64,000 nucleotides of DNA from positions 726,236 through 790,235 of the forward strand of contig OY282420.1 of the NCBI GenBank assembly GCA_958295955.1, given 5' to 3'. Positions within the stretch are counted from its first letter, which is position 1; the number at the start of each line of letters is the position of its first letter. The notes beneath the pieces are model-generated. The model saw nothing but the letters and a program-made list of their open reading frames with translations. It was not told the origin of the DNA and did not search any database. This document shows, piece by piece, positions 38,672 through 47,857 of the stretch. A program made the translations under genes and the position numbers. Source of the stretch: an uncultured Bryobacterales bacterium. GTDB lineage: Bacteria; Acidobacteriota; Terriglobia; Bryobacterales; UBA6623.

Positions 38672-39448
38672 CTACCTGCGTTGCCGAGCGGCCTCGTACA
38701 GAATAACCGCCGCGGCGGCGGCGGCGTTCAGCGATTCCACGCGCTCGGTCGGCACTGCGACGGCTGTCGCCGCATTGTGCAAGGCCGGCGCGACCCCGTG
38801 CGCCTCGGAGCCGATCACGACCGCCGCGGGAGCGGAGAAGTCCGCGTCGCCGATTGCAACGTCTCCGCGCGCGGCGGCCGCGTAGAGCTTCGCGCCCGCC
38901 GCGGCGGCGGCCGCCAGGAACTCCTCGCGTTCGATTCCGTACACGAACGGCAGGCGGAACAGCGAACCCGCCGCGGCGCGCAGGGTTTTGGGGTGCGCCG
39001 GACTCGCCGAGCCTTTCAGAAAGACCGCTCCGGAAGCGCCGAACGCCTCCGCCGAACGCACGATGGTTCCGGCGTTGCCCGCGTCGCGGACGGAATCGAG
39101 CACGACGGCGAGCCGGCCGAGCGTGACTTCGCAACTCGAGCGCGGCAGCTTCACCAGCGTCAGCACGCCCTGGGGGCGGACGGTTGCCGCGCACTCGGCG
39201 AACAGCTTTTCGTCGAGAATACGCAGGGTGACGTTCAAGTGCGGCGGCAGCAGGCGCTCGATCTTGGGGCGGGCCGCTTCCGTAGCAAAGACGCCGCGGA
39301 TCTCGATGCCGGCGCTCAGCGCTTCCGCCAGCAGACGCGGCGACTCGGCCAAGGCAAACCCCTGTGGGGTGGTCGTCCCGCGCGAGGACGCCTTGCGCAG
39401 CATTTTCACCAACGGGTTGCCGCGGCTGGTAATCGTTTCGACGCGCAC
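38672..39448 (-). CDS. TrmH/SpoU-family RNA 2'-O-methyltransferase
   Basis: It has an N-terminal substrate-binding region (ITSRGNPLVKMLR) and a SpoU C-terminal knot region (NAGTIVRSAEAFG, VIGSEAHG, ESLNAAAAAAVILYE). Confidence 0.85.
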   Translation of the reverse strand: MRVETITSRGNPLVKMLRKASSRGTTTPQGFALAESPRLLAEALSAGIEIRGVFATEAARPKIERLLPPHLNVTLRILDEKLFAECAATVRPQGVLTLVKLPRSSCEVTLGRLAVVLDSVRDAGNAGTIVRSAEAFGASGAVFLKGSASPAHPKTLRAAAGSLFRLPFVYGIEREEFLAAAAAAGAKLYAAAARGDVAIGDADFSAPAAVVIGSEAHGVAPALHNAATAVAVPTERVESLNAAAAAAVILYEAARQRR

Positions 39449-39505
39449 GAAAGCTTCTCAGCGTAGCAGTCCGGCGGGCGGCGGCAGGCGGAGTAAAATT
39501 ACGGG

Positions 39506-40153
39506 ATGGCGCGCTGCGAGCGGCTTGCCGTCGATTTGCTGCGACCCGAGCGGGCGGTTGTCGCGCGGGCGGCCCGCGTCATCCGCGCCGGCGGCGTCGC
39601 GGCGGTCCCCACCGACACCTTGTACGGACTTGCGGCGGACCCGTTCAACGCAGCGGCGGTCAAGAAGCTGTTCCGCATCAAGCGCCGTCCCGAGAACATG
39701 CCGATCCTGCTGCTCGTGGACAGCCTGCAGCGCATGGAAAACCTGGTCGCGCGGACGCCGGAGGGTTTCCGCTCGCTTGCCGCGCGTTTCTGGCCGGGGC
39801 CGCTAACGATGATTCTGCCGGCCCGGCCGGGAGTTCCCTGCGCCGTGACGGCGGGATCGGGAACCGTTGCCGTCCGACTGCCGCGCAGCGCATTGATCCG
39901 CTCTCTGGTCCGCCTCGCGCGCCGCCCGCTGACCGGGACCAGCGCGAATCTCTCCGGGCGCGCCGGCGGCCGCTCGGCAGACGAAGCGGACCGGCAGTTG
40001 GGCGCTCTGCTCGACCTGCTGCTCGACGCGGGTTCGGCAAAACGGGCGCTGCCGTCGACGATCGTCGATCTCTCGGGGCGCGCGCCGCTGGTCGTGCGCT
40101 CGGGCGCGATTCCCGCGGCTGCGATTTTGCAGGCCGCGGCCCGCGGCGAATAA
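39506..40153 (+). CDS. tsaC: L-threonylcarbamoyladenylate synthase (YrdC/TsaC family)
   Basis: It has PTDTLYGLAADPFN, RIKRRPENMPILLLV and TSANLSG. Confidence 0.85.
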   Translation: MARCERLAVDLLRPERAVVARAARVIRAGGVAAVPTDTLYGLAADPFNAAAVKKLFRIKRRPENMPILLLVDSLQRMENLVARTPEGFRSLAARFWPGPLTMILPARPGVPCAVTAGSGTVAVRLPRSALIRSLVRLARRPLTGTSANLSGRAGGRSADEADRQLGALLDLLLDAGSAKRALPSTIVDLSGRAPLVVRSGAIPAAAILQAAARGE

Positions 40154-40224
40154 ATCCGCCGGGGCGCGTACCCCCGGTTTGTTTTCCAGCGCCTTGTACC
40201 AGTACAAGCCTAAGGAGGGCATGG

Positions 40225-40812
40225 ATGATGATTACGAGAAGAACGTTCTGGATGAACGCCGCGGCCGTGGCTGCGGGCGCGCGCCTGCTCCGCGCGGCCG
40301 GCGTGGACGGCAAATGGGAAGCGACGATCGAAAGCCCGATGGGGTCGACGACGATGACGTTCGACCTGAAAGCGGACGGCGAAATGCTGAGCGGCGCGGT
40401 CGCCAACGAGATGATGGGAAAATCCGAGATCGCGGACGGCAAGATCGAGGGAGACAAGGTTTCTTTCGTCCAGGTCATGCAGCGCGGCGAGCGGGAAATC
40501 AGATTTAAATACGAAGGTACGGTCTCGGGCGACGCAATGGAGCTTACCCGTTCGATGGTCCGCCCTGCCGGCGGAGCCCCCGGTCAACAGGGCGGAGGCG
40601 CCGGCAGAGCGCGCGGCGGCGGCCAAGGGCCGGGGGGCGGAAACCGCGGACCCGGAGGCGGCGGACGGCCGGGCGGCGGCGGTCAAGGCCAAGGCGGAAA
40701 CCGCGGCCCCGGAGGCGGCGGACAGCCGGGCGGTCGCGGTCAAGGCCAAGGCGGAAACCGCGGCGGCGGCATGGGCCGCCCCGTGACCTTTACCGCCAAG
40801 CGCGTGCAATAG
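40225..40812 (+). CDS. Secreted hypothetical protein with a Tat-like N-terminus and a Gly/Arg/Gln-rich low-complexity C-terminal region
   Basis: The N-terminus is MMITRRTFWMNAAAVAAGA, followed by a small globular domain and then GGQGPGGGNRGPGGGGRPGGGGQGQGGNRGPGGGGQPGGRGQGQGGNRGGG. Confidence 0.7.
   Translation: MMITRRTFWMNAAAVAAGARLLRAAGVDGKWEATIESPMGSTTMTFDLKADGEMLSGAVANEMMGKSEIADGKIEGDKVSFVQVMQRGEREIRFKYEGTVSGDAMELTRSMVRPAGGAPGQQGGGAGRARGGGQGPGGGNRGPGGGGRPGGGGQGQGGNRGPGGGGQPGGRGQGQGGNRGGGMGRPVTFTAKRVQ
40621..40770 (+). repeat. Coding tandem repeat, about 2.6 copies of a 57-60 bp unit (GGTCAAGGCCAAGGCGGAAACCGCGG...)
   Basis: Read directly. It encodes the GGNRGPGGGG repeats of the 40225..40812 protein. 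Confidence 0.85.
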
Positions 40813-40828
40813 CCGCGGGGCCGCTATC

Positions 40829-41569
40829 TCAATCGGCGGCGCAAAAGCGGCAGACCTCGCTCTTCGAGCCGGTTTCGATGGCGACTTTTTCGCCCGGGAA
40901 TTGGGGTTGGGTGTCGAGCACCCAGATGTCGAGCAGCGCTTGAACGCGCGCGCCGTATTCCCGCAGCCGCGCGTTCAGGCGCATCAATGTTGTCGGGTCT
41001 GCGGCGGCATAGCCCACGACGTTGAGGCCGCGGCGGCGTCCGATATAGACGGCGCGCAGCAAATGGAACCGTTGGGAGACGACGGTGAAAGCGTCCTGTC
41101 CGAAGACCTTGTGCGCGCGAATCACCGAATCGAGCGTTCGCAGTCCGGCGAAATCCAGGGTGATTTTGCTCGCGGGGACGCCCAGGTCGATCAGGTCGGC
41201 CTTCATGAAGCGGGGTTCGTTGTAATAGCGGCTCGGGTTTGCGCCGCTGGCGATGAGCCGGTTGACTTTGCCCCGATGGTAGAGGTCGGCGGCGGCTTCG
41301 ATGCGGGCGGTGTAGTAATCGTTCTTGCTGCCCGCGCGCGCATACGGCGCAGTGCCCAAGACGACGCCGACCCGGCGGTACGGCAGCGCATCGACGGAAT
41401 CGAAAACCCGTCGGCGGGACTGGTATTCGATGTAGGCGTCCGCCGCATAGATGCCGCCGACGAAGACAGCCGCGAGGATATAGACTGCCCGGCGGACGCG
41501 CCGCGTGAAGGTCCGCCGCGCCAAGGCGGACGCTCCGGCTCGAATACCGGCTGCGGCGTTACGCGGCAC
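40829..41569 (-). CDS. sanA: SanA/ElyC/YdcF (DUF218) family protein
   Basis: It has an N-terminal TM segment, then VVLGTAPY, YYNEPRFMKADLIDLGVP and ITLDFAGLRTLDSV. Confidence 0.8.
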   Translation of the reverse strand: MPRNAAAGIRAGASALARRTFTRRVRRAVYILAAVFVGGIYAADAYIEYQSRRRVFDSVDALPYRRVGVVLGTAPYARAGSKNDYYTARIEAAADLYHRGKVNRLIASGANPSRYYNEPRFMKADLIDLGVPASKITLDFAGLRTLDSVIRAHKVFGQDAFTVVSQRFHLLRAVYIGRRRGLNVVGYAAADPTTLMRLNARLREYGARVQALLDIWVLDTQPQFPGEKVAIETGSKSEVCRFCAAD

Positions 41570-41603
41570 CGCCCTTATAATAGTGGATAGTGGTTAGCGC
41601 ATA

Positions 41604-43058
41604 GTGGATAGCAAGACTGCTTTTGCCTGTCTTGCGGCGCTGGCGGTTTCGTGCGGCGGACCGGCGCCGCCGGGCTCGCCTGCCGAAAAGCCCAACTTCG
41701 TGGTTCTGCTGGCCGACGATCTGGGCTGGACGGACCTGGGCTGCTACGGCAGCGATCTTTACGAAACTCCCCATATCGACAGGCTGGCTGCCGACGGCGC
41801 GCGCTTTACGCACGGGTATGCCGCCTGCACTGTTTGCTCGCCGACGCGCGCGGCGATTTTGACGGGGATGTATCCCGGGCGCACCCACGTGACGGATTTC
41901 ATTACCGGCGGCGTGCGGCCGAAAGCGAAGCTGCGCATCCCCGATTGGACCATGCAGTTGGACCACCGCCACACGAGCCTGGCCGAGGCGCTGCGGGCGG
42001 CGGGATACCGCACGGCGCACGTCGGCAAGTGGCACTTGATGCCGCGCAACGAGCCGGACGCGATGATGGATTTCATGCCCGAGAAACACGGTTTCGAGAT
42101 CAATATCGGCGGCAACGAGTGGGGCGCGCCGGGTAGTTATTTCCATCCCTACAGCAATGCGCGGCGGAAGGTGGGGCCGCTGCCCGCGGGCGGCGCCGAC
42201 GGCGATTACCTCACGGACCGCCTCACCGATGAAGCGCTCAAGGTTCTCGAGGGGTTCGGCGATGAGCCGTTCTTCCTGTATTTCGCCTACTACGCGGTGC
42301 ATACGCCGCTTCAGGCGAAGCCGCAAGACATTGCCCGCTTCGAACCGAAAGCGCAGGAGGACGGGCGGCACCGTAATGCGACCTATGCGGCCATGATCGC
42401 CGGCCTGGACCGCAGCGTCGGCAGGCTGCGGTCGAAGCTCGAAGAGATGGGCGCCGCCGAGCGCACGGTCATCGTCTTCACCGGCGACAACGGGGGACTG
42501 GACCGCAAAGGCCCCGACGGCCGCATGGGGCATCCGACAGAGAACCACCCGCTGCGGGCGGGCAAAGGCTCGGCCTACGAGGGCGGCGTGCGCACGCCGG
42601 CGATCTATTACTGGCCGGGAGTGACGCGGGCGGGGTCGGTGAGCGCCGAGCCCGTAATTTCGGCGGACATTTACCCGACCGTTCTGGATATCGCCGGCGT
42701 TGCGGGAACGCCCGAGCACAACGCGAACGTGGACGGCGTCAGCCTGGCTCCGCTGCTGCGGGACGGGTCGGCCCCGCTCGGCCGCGAGGCGTTGTATTGG
42801 CACTATCCGCACTATCATTCCGGCGGGGCGACGCCGCATTCGGCGGTCCGCGCCGGTGACTGGCGGCTGGTGGAATTCTACGAGGACGACCGCGCCGAGC
42901 TCTACAACCTGAAGAACGATATCGGCGAGGAACGCGACCTGGCGGCGGAAATGCCGGAGAAGACGAAGGAACTGCGGCGCAAGCTGCGCGCTTGGCGCGC
43001 CGCGGTCGGGGCGCAGGAACCGACTCCCAATCCGGACTACGATCCGCGAGCGGAATGA
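41604..43058 (+). CDS. Sulfatase (Cys-type)
   Basis: It has CSPTRAAILTGMYPGR and NFVVLLADDLGWTD. The track gives an alternative start. Confidence 0.9.
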   Translation: MDSKTAFACLAALAVSCGGPAPPGSPAEKPNFVVLLADDLGWTDLGCYGSDLYETPHIDRLAADGARFTHGYAACTVCSPTRAAILTGMYPGRTHVTDFITGGVRPKAKLRIPDWTMQLDHRHTSLAEALRAAGYRTAHVGKWHLMPRNEPDAMMDFMPEKHGFEINIGGNEWGAPGSYFHPYSNARRKVGPLPAGGADGDYLTDRLTDEALKVLEGFGDEPFFLYFAYYAVHTPLQAKPQDIARFEPKAQEDGRHRNATYAAMIAGLDRSVGRLRSKLEEMGAAERTVIVFTGDNGGLDRKGPDGRMGHPTENHPLRAGKGSAYEGGVRTPAIYYWPGVTRAGSVSAEPVISADIYPTVLDIAGVAGTPEHNANVDGVSLAPLLRDGSAPLGREALYWHYPHYHSGGATPHSAVRAGDWRLVEFYEDDRAELYNLKNDIGEERDLAAEMPEKTKELRRKLRAWRAAVGAQEPTPNPDYDPRAE

Positions 43059-43094
43059 TGGGCCGGTAACTCCCCGCAGAGGGATAGCGCCTCA

Positions 43095-46016
43095 ATGTGT
43101 GACACGCGTTCGATGACGGGCAAGGTCGTATCGCATTACCGCGTTCTGGAGCCTCTCGGCGAGGGCGGGATGGGCGTGGTGTACAAGGCCGAGGACACGC
43201 GGCTGAAACGCACGGTTGCGTTGAAGTTTCTGTCGTCGGAAGTGACCGGCGGCGGGGAATTCAAGGAACGATTCCTGCGCGAGGCGCAAGCCTCGGCCGC
43301 GCTGGACCACCCGAACATTTGCACCGTCTATGAAATCGACGAGGTCGAGGGGCAGACCTTTCTGTCGATGGCCTTTCTCGAGGGGGAAGCGCTGGACCGC
43401 ATCGTCGAGAAGGGGCCGTTGCCGCTCGACCGCGCGATTGCGATCGCCGTGCAGGCGGCGGAGGGACTTGCCGCGGCGCACGCCCAAGGCGTGGTCCACC
43501 GCGACGTCAAGTCGGCGAATATGATCGTCCGCGAAGACACGGCGGGGCGGCCGGTCGTGAAGTTGATGGACTTCGGGCTGGCTCAGATGAGCGGCCGCTC
43601 GAAGCTGACGCAGGTCGATACGCGCTTGGGCACGGTTGCCTACATGTCGCCCGAGCAGACGCAGGGCGGCACGGTGGACCGGCGCAGCGATCTCTGGTCG
43701 TTGGGCGTGGTGATTTACGAAATGGTCGCCGGGGAGTTGCCGTTCAAAGGCCACTACGACCAAGCCGTCATGTATTCGATTCTGAACGAGGAGCCGGCGC
43801 CGCTCACTTCTCTGCGGGGCGGCGTTCCGATGGAGCTCGAATGGATCGTCGAGAAGTGTCTGGCGAAGAACGCGAACGACCGCTACCAGAACGGCCGCGA
43901 GTTGGTCGTCGATCTTGAGCGTTTGCAGCGGCGGATCGATTCCGGAAAATCGGTCGTGCAGCCGCTGCCGGCCGCGGGCAGGACGGCGGTCGGCATACCG
44001 GCGCAGGCCGCGCAGCGCGGAACGCCGTTGCCGGCTGTTCTGGAGACGCAGGCGGCCGGGGAGGTTGCGGGCGCGGCGCCGCGCAGCGCCGACCGCTTGC
44101 GGATGCTGCGTCTGGAGCGGAGGGTGAAGGCGTTGGCCGCCGCGGCGGCGGTGTTGGCCGCGGCATTGCCGGCGACTTGGGCGTTGCGGTCCGGAGCTTC
44201 GGAATCTGCCGACGAGCCGCTGCGCAAGTTTTCGTTGCGGCCGGCGAACATTCTCGAACACGGGCAGAGCATCGGACACTTGGCGGTTTCCCCGGACGGC
44301 AGGCAGATCGCCTTTACAACCACCGGTTCGCGCGGGGCGTTGTGGCTGCAATCGCTGGACCGGCTGGAGCCCCGGCAAGTCGAGGGGGCCGAGGACGCCC
44401 GGTTCGTCTTTTGGTCTCCGGACAGCCTTTCCATCGGGTTTACGACCGACCGCTCCGTGAAGAAGGCGGCTTTGCGCGGCGGTTCCGTTACGACGCTTGC
44501 CGAGATCGGCACAAGGTTCTTCGGCGGCGCGCCTGCCAGTTGGAGTCCGGACGGGAATTCGGTTCTCCTGGGCCACGCCAACGGGTTTCCGTTCGAGATT
44601 CCGGCGCTTGGCGGGACCCCGAAACCGCTGTTCGATCCCGGGACGGGCGAACGCCCGGGCTACGTCCGCGCTCCGCAGATTCTCGAGGATTCGCGCGGCC
44701 GGCGGTTGCTGCTCTATTCGCAGCGCACCCTGGACGGCGAGACGATCATGATGCGCAGGCTGTCGGAGGACGGAGTCGGCGCCGCGGTGCGGCTGGCCGA
44801 GGGAAGCTATCCGACCTATTCGAACACCGGCCACGTTCTGTATCAGCCCTCGTCGGCAACCGCGGCGCTGTGGGCGCTGCCGGTTTCGCTGGATGAGGCG
44901 CAGGCGGTCGGCGAGGCGTTTCCGATTGCCGAAGACGGCAGCGCGGCGTCGGTTGCGGAAAACGGAACGCTCGTCTATCTGGACAATCCGTTCGCCGGGC
45001 CGAAGCAATTGGTCTGGCTCGACCGCTCGGGCGAGCGGGTCGGCGCAATCGGCAAGCCGCAACCCTGGATCATGGCGCCGCGGGTGTCCCCCGACGGCGC
45101 GAAACTGGTCGTCTCGGCAGGCTCCGCGCAGGTGCTGAACGTATGGGTTCACGATGCTTCGCGTCCCGTGATGAACCGCTTGAGTTTCGAAGACGGCGAA
45201 GAGACGGACGCAATTTGGTCTCCCGATGGGACCCGCGTGGCGTTCGCTCGGCGAGGGTCTCCCGATGTATTCGTTCAAAACATCGGCGGGGGGGGCAAGC
45301 AGCGGGTGATTTTTTCCGCTCCGGGAGATTTGCAGCCGCTCGACTGGTCACGCGATGGGCAATTCATTTTGTTCCGCATGCGCGTCCGTCGGGGCGCGCC
45401 GGGGCCCGGCGCTGCAAGAAAAGACGGGGCCGGACAGGAACGCGGCGACATGATCATGGATAGGTTGATGGAGAATTCCGTCGCTGCAAGAAAAGACGGG
45501 GCCGGACAGGAACGCGGCGGCGCGGGAATCTCTTCCGGGATCGGCTATCTCCGACAGGTTCCCGACGAGGAGCGCTGGGAGGCGCAGCAGTTCCTTGAAG
45601 CCGGGCGTTTCATCGCCGACGGCGCGGTGTTTTCCCCTAACGGCCGGTACGTAGCTTACGTGAGCAACGAATCCGGGGAATTCGAAGTTTATGTGAAGCG
45701 GTTCCCGGCGACGGAGGAGCGCTGGCAGATTTCAACGGACGGCGGGGGCGAGCCGCGGTGGAATCCGAACGGGCGGGAATTGTTCTTCGTGCGCGACGAG
45801 ACGCTTTACGCGGCAGCGGTCGGCACGGAGCGGAATTTTACTGTTGGCGAGACCGGCCCGCTGTTTTCCCGGGCGAGCTTGAGGCGGTCTCGGCGGTTTT
45901 CTTCGTACGATGTCGGCCCCGACGGGCGTTTTGCCGTGGTTGATCTGGCCGAAGGACCGCCGCAGCCGGCAATCCGGGTTGTCCTCAATTGGTTTGCGGA
46001 GTTTCAGCCCCGTTAA
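43095..46016 (+). CDS. Ser/Thr protein kinase fused to a TM segment and a TolB-like beta-propeller
   Basis: The Hanks kinase motifs are GEGGMGVVYKA, HRDVKSANM, DFGLA and YMSPEQ. The C-terminal repeats read SPDG/SPNGRYVAYVSNESGEFEVYV. Confidence 0.9.
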   Translation: MCDTRSMTGKVVSHYRVLEPLGEGGMGVVYKAEDTRLKRTVALKFLSSEVTGGGEFKERFLREAQASAALDHPNICTVYEIDEVEGQTFLSMAFLEGEALDRIVEKGPLPLDRAIAIAVQAAEGLAAAHAQGVVHRDVKSANMIVREDTAGRPVVKLMDFGLAQMSGRSKLTQVDTRLGTVAYMSPEQTQGGTVDRRSDLWSLGVVIYEMVAGELPFKGHYDQAVMYSILNEEPAPLTSLRGGVPMELEWIVEKCLAKNANDRYQNGRELVVDLERLQRRIDSGKSVVQPLPAAGRTAVGIPAQAAQRGTPLPAVLETQAAGEVAGAAPRSADRLRMLRLERRVKALAAAAAVLAAALPATWALRSGASESADEPLRKFSLRPANILEHGQSIGHLAVSPDGRQIAFTTTGSRGALWLQSLDRLEPRQVEGAEDARFVFWSPDSLSIGFTTDRSVKKAALRGGSVTTLAEIGTRFFGGAPASWSPDGNSVLLGHANGFPFEIPALGGTPKPLFDPGTGERPGYVRAPQILEDSRGRRLLLYSQRTLDGETIMMRRLSEDGVGAAVRLAEGSYPTYSNTGHVLYQPSSATAALWALPVSLDEAQAVGEAFPIAEDGSAASVAENGTLVYLDNPFAGPKQLVWLDRSGERVGAIGKPQPWIMAPRVSPDGAKLVVSAGSAQVLNVWVHDASRPVMNRLSFEDGEETDAIWSPDGTRVAFARRGSPDVFVQNIGGGGKQRVIFSAPGDLQPLDWSRDGQFILFRMRVRRGAPGPGAARKDGAGQERGDMIMDRLMENSVAARKDGAGQERGGAGISSGIGYLRQVPDEERWEAQQFLEAGRFIADGAVFSPNGRYVAYVSNESGEFEVYVKRFPATEERWQISTDGGGEPRWNPNGRELFFVRDETLYAAAVGTERNFTVGETGPLFSRASLRRSRRFSSYDVGPDGRFAVVDLAEGPPQPAIRVVLNWFAEFQPR
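45410..45519 (+). repeat. Perfect 38-bp direct repeat x2 (45410-45447, 45482-45519) flanking a unique 34-bp insert, in-frame inside the kinase-propeller gene
   Basis: Read directly. The repeat is CGCTGCAAGAAAAGACGGGGCCGGACAGGAACGCGGCG and the insert is ACATGATCATGGATAGGTTGATGGAGAATTCCGT. The 72-bp period equals 24 codons, and the protein shows AARKDGAGQERG twice. Confidence 0.9.
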
Positions 46017-46044
46017 ATTCGGAAGCGCGCGCCGGACTTCGTTT

Positions 46045-47691
46045 ATGCTTATGCTCATGCCTTTGCCCGTGCGTTTCCCGGCGTCGTTTTTCCTGTGCTG
46101 CCTTGCGCTGTCCGCTCAGGTCGATCAGCAGCGTCTGAACAATGCGGCCGCGGAGCCGCAGAATTGGTTGACCTACAACGGAAGCTATATGAGCCGGCAT
46201 CACAGCGGGCTTACGGGCATCGATCTTGCCAACGTCAAAGATCTGGAGCTCCGCTGGGTGTACCAGGCGGCCTCCACGGACAAGTTTCAGACGACTCCGC
46301 TGGTTGTGGACGGCGTGATGTATCTGACCGAGCCGCCGAACAAGCTGGTGGCGCTCGACCCGTCTTCCGGCCGTGAATTCTGGGTTTACGAGCACCAGTT
46401 GCCGAGCCGCATCTATCCCTGTTGCGGGGCCGTCAACCGCGGCGCGGGGATGCTGGGGAATACGCTTTATTGGGGCACGCTCGACGCCAAGCTGCTGGCG
46501 GTGGACGCCAAGACCGGCCTCAAGCAGTGGGAGACGACCGTCGTCGAGGATTACGAACGCGGCTATTCGCTGACGGTCGCTCCCCTGATCGTCAACGACA
46601 AGGTGATCGTCGGCACCGCGGGCGGCGAGTTCGGCATTCGCGGGTTCCTGGCGGCGTACGACGCCAAGACCGGCGAGGAAGTCTGGAAGTTCCATACGAT
46701 TCCGGGTCCCGGCGAGCCCGGGCACGAAACCTGGGAAAACGACGCCTGGAAGACCGGAGGCGGTTCGATCTGGCTGACGGGTTCGTACGACCCGGACTTG
46801 AATTTGACGTATTGGGGCGTGGGCAACCCCTCGCCGGACTGGAACCCCGACGTGCGTCCGGGCGATAACCTCTACACCGACTCGGTGATCGCGCTCGACG
46901 CCGACAGCGGCGAGTTGAAGTGGCATTTCCAGTTCACGCCCCACGACGAGTGGGATTGGGATTCGGTGCAAATCCCGGTGCTGGCCGATCTCGAATGGCA
47001 AGGCGAGATGCGCAAGCTGATGCTGTGGGGCAACCGCAACGGCTTCTACTACGTGCTGGACCGCGAGACGGGGAAATTCCTGCTGGGCAAGCCGTTCGTC
47101 AAGCAGACCTGGGCCGCCGGGTTGGACGAGGACGGGCGTCCGGCGAAGATTGCCGGCAGGGGGCCCAGCAAGGACGGCACATTGACTTGGCCGGGCGTTC
47201 AGGGCGGAACGAATTGGTACGCGCCTTCGTACAGCCCCGTTACCAACCTGTTCTACTTGGCGGCCTGGGAAGGGTATTACGGCATCTATTACAAGTGGGA
47301 TCAAAAATACGAACCCGGAAAGCGCTATCTGGGCGGCGTCCCGCAAGGGGTGATTTCGTCCACCACGCGGAGGCGCTTCATGAGCTTCACCAAAGAAGAC
47401 GGCTACGGCGCCGTGCGCGCCTTGAACCCCTTGACCGGCGAAAGGGTTTGGGAATTCGCCATGACCGACGTCAGCGACAGCGGGCTGTTGACCACGGCGA
47501 GTAATGTCCTGTTTTCGGGCAGCCGGGAAGGTCATTTCTTCGCCCTCGACGCGCGCGACGGGAAATTGCTCTGGCAGCGCTATCTCGGCGGGCAGATCGC
47601 CGCCTCGCCGATTACCTATGAAATAGACGGGAAACAGTTTGTAAGCGTGGCTTCGGGCCATGCAGTTTTTGCTTTTTCGCTGCCGCGGTAG
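46045..47691 (+). CDS. PQQ-dependent dehydrogenase (methanol/ethanol quinoprotein family)
   Basis: A signal peptide is followed by NWLTYNGSYMSRHHS and repeated W-motif propeller blades. The start was trimmed to 46045 (46051 and 46057 are alternatives). Confidence 0.85.
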   Translation: MLMLMPLPVRFPASFFLCCLALSAQVDQQRLNNAAAEPQNWLTYNGSYMSRHHSGLTGIDLANVKDLELRWVYQAASTDKFQTTPLVVDGVMYLTEPPNKLVALDPSSGREFWVYEHQLPSRIYPCCGAVNRGAGMLGNTLYWGTLDAKLLAVDAKTGLKQWETTVVEDYERGYSLTVAPLIVNDKVIVGTAGGEFGIRGFLAAYDAKTGEEVWKFHTIPGPGEPGHETWENDAWKTGGGSIWLTGSYDPDLNLTYWGVGNPSPDWNPDVRPGDNLYTDSVIALDADSGELKWHFQFTPHDEWDWDSVQIPVLADLEWQGEMRKLMLWGNRNGFYYVLDRETGKFLLGKPFVKQTWAAGLDEDGRPAKIAGRGPSKDGTLTWPGVQGGTNWYAPSYSPVTNLFYLAAWEGYYGIYYKWDQKYEPGKRYLGGVPQGVISSTTRRRFMSFTKEDGYGAVRALNPLTGERVWEFAMTDVSDSGLLTTASNVLFSGSREGHFFALDARDGKLLWQRYLGGQIAASPITYEIDGKQFVSVASGHAVFAFSLPR

Positions 47692-47706
47692 CCGCCGAGC
47701 CGTCCC

Positions 47707-47730
47707 GCGGGCGCGCATGGATGCGCCCGC
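47707..47730 (+). terminator. GC-rich stem-loop GCGGGCGC-(8 nt)-GCGCCCGC 16 nt after the PQQ dehydrogenase stop
   Basis: Read directly. There is no U-tract, so terminator function is uncertain. Confidence 0.3.
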
Positions 47731-47857
47731 ATCGTGTACTCTGAGAAAAGAAAAGGCTGGCGAATCGGCTTTTTGCCCGTCGCGGGCGTCTATTCAGGCA
47801 GCGAATCTACGCATAATCTGCAAATTTCCCTTTTTTATTTTTCGTTGTTGCGCAAAC

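Noticed and set aside
40621..40770. A regularly spaced GC-rich repeat that a CRISPR finder might flag
   Set aside because: The repeats are contiguous 57-60 bp units with no unique spacers, and they lie in-frame inside a coding sequence encoding a Gly-rich tail. This is a protein repeat, not an array.
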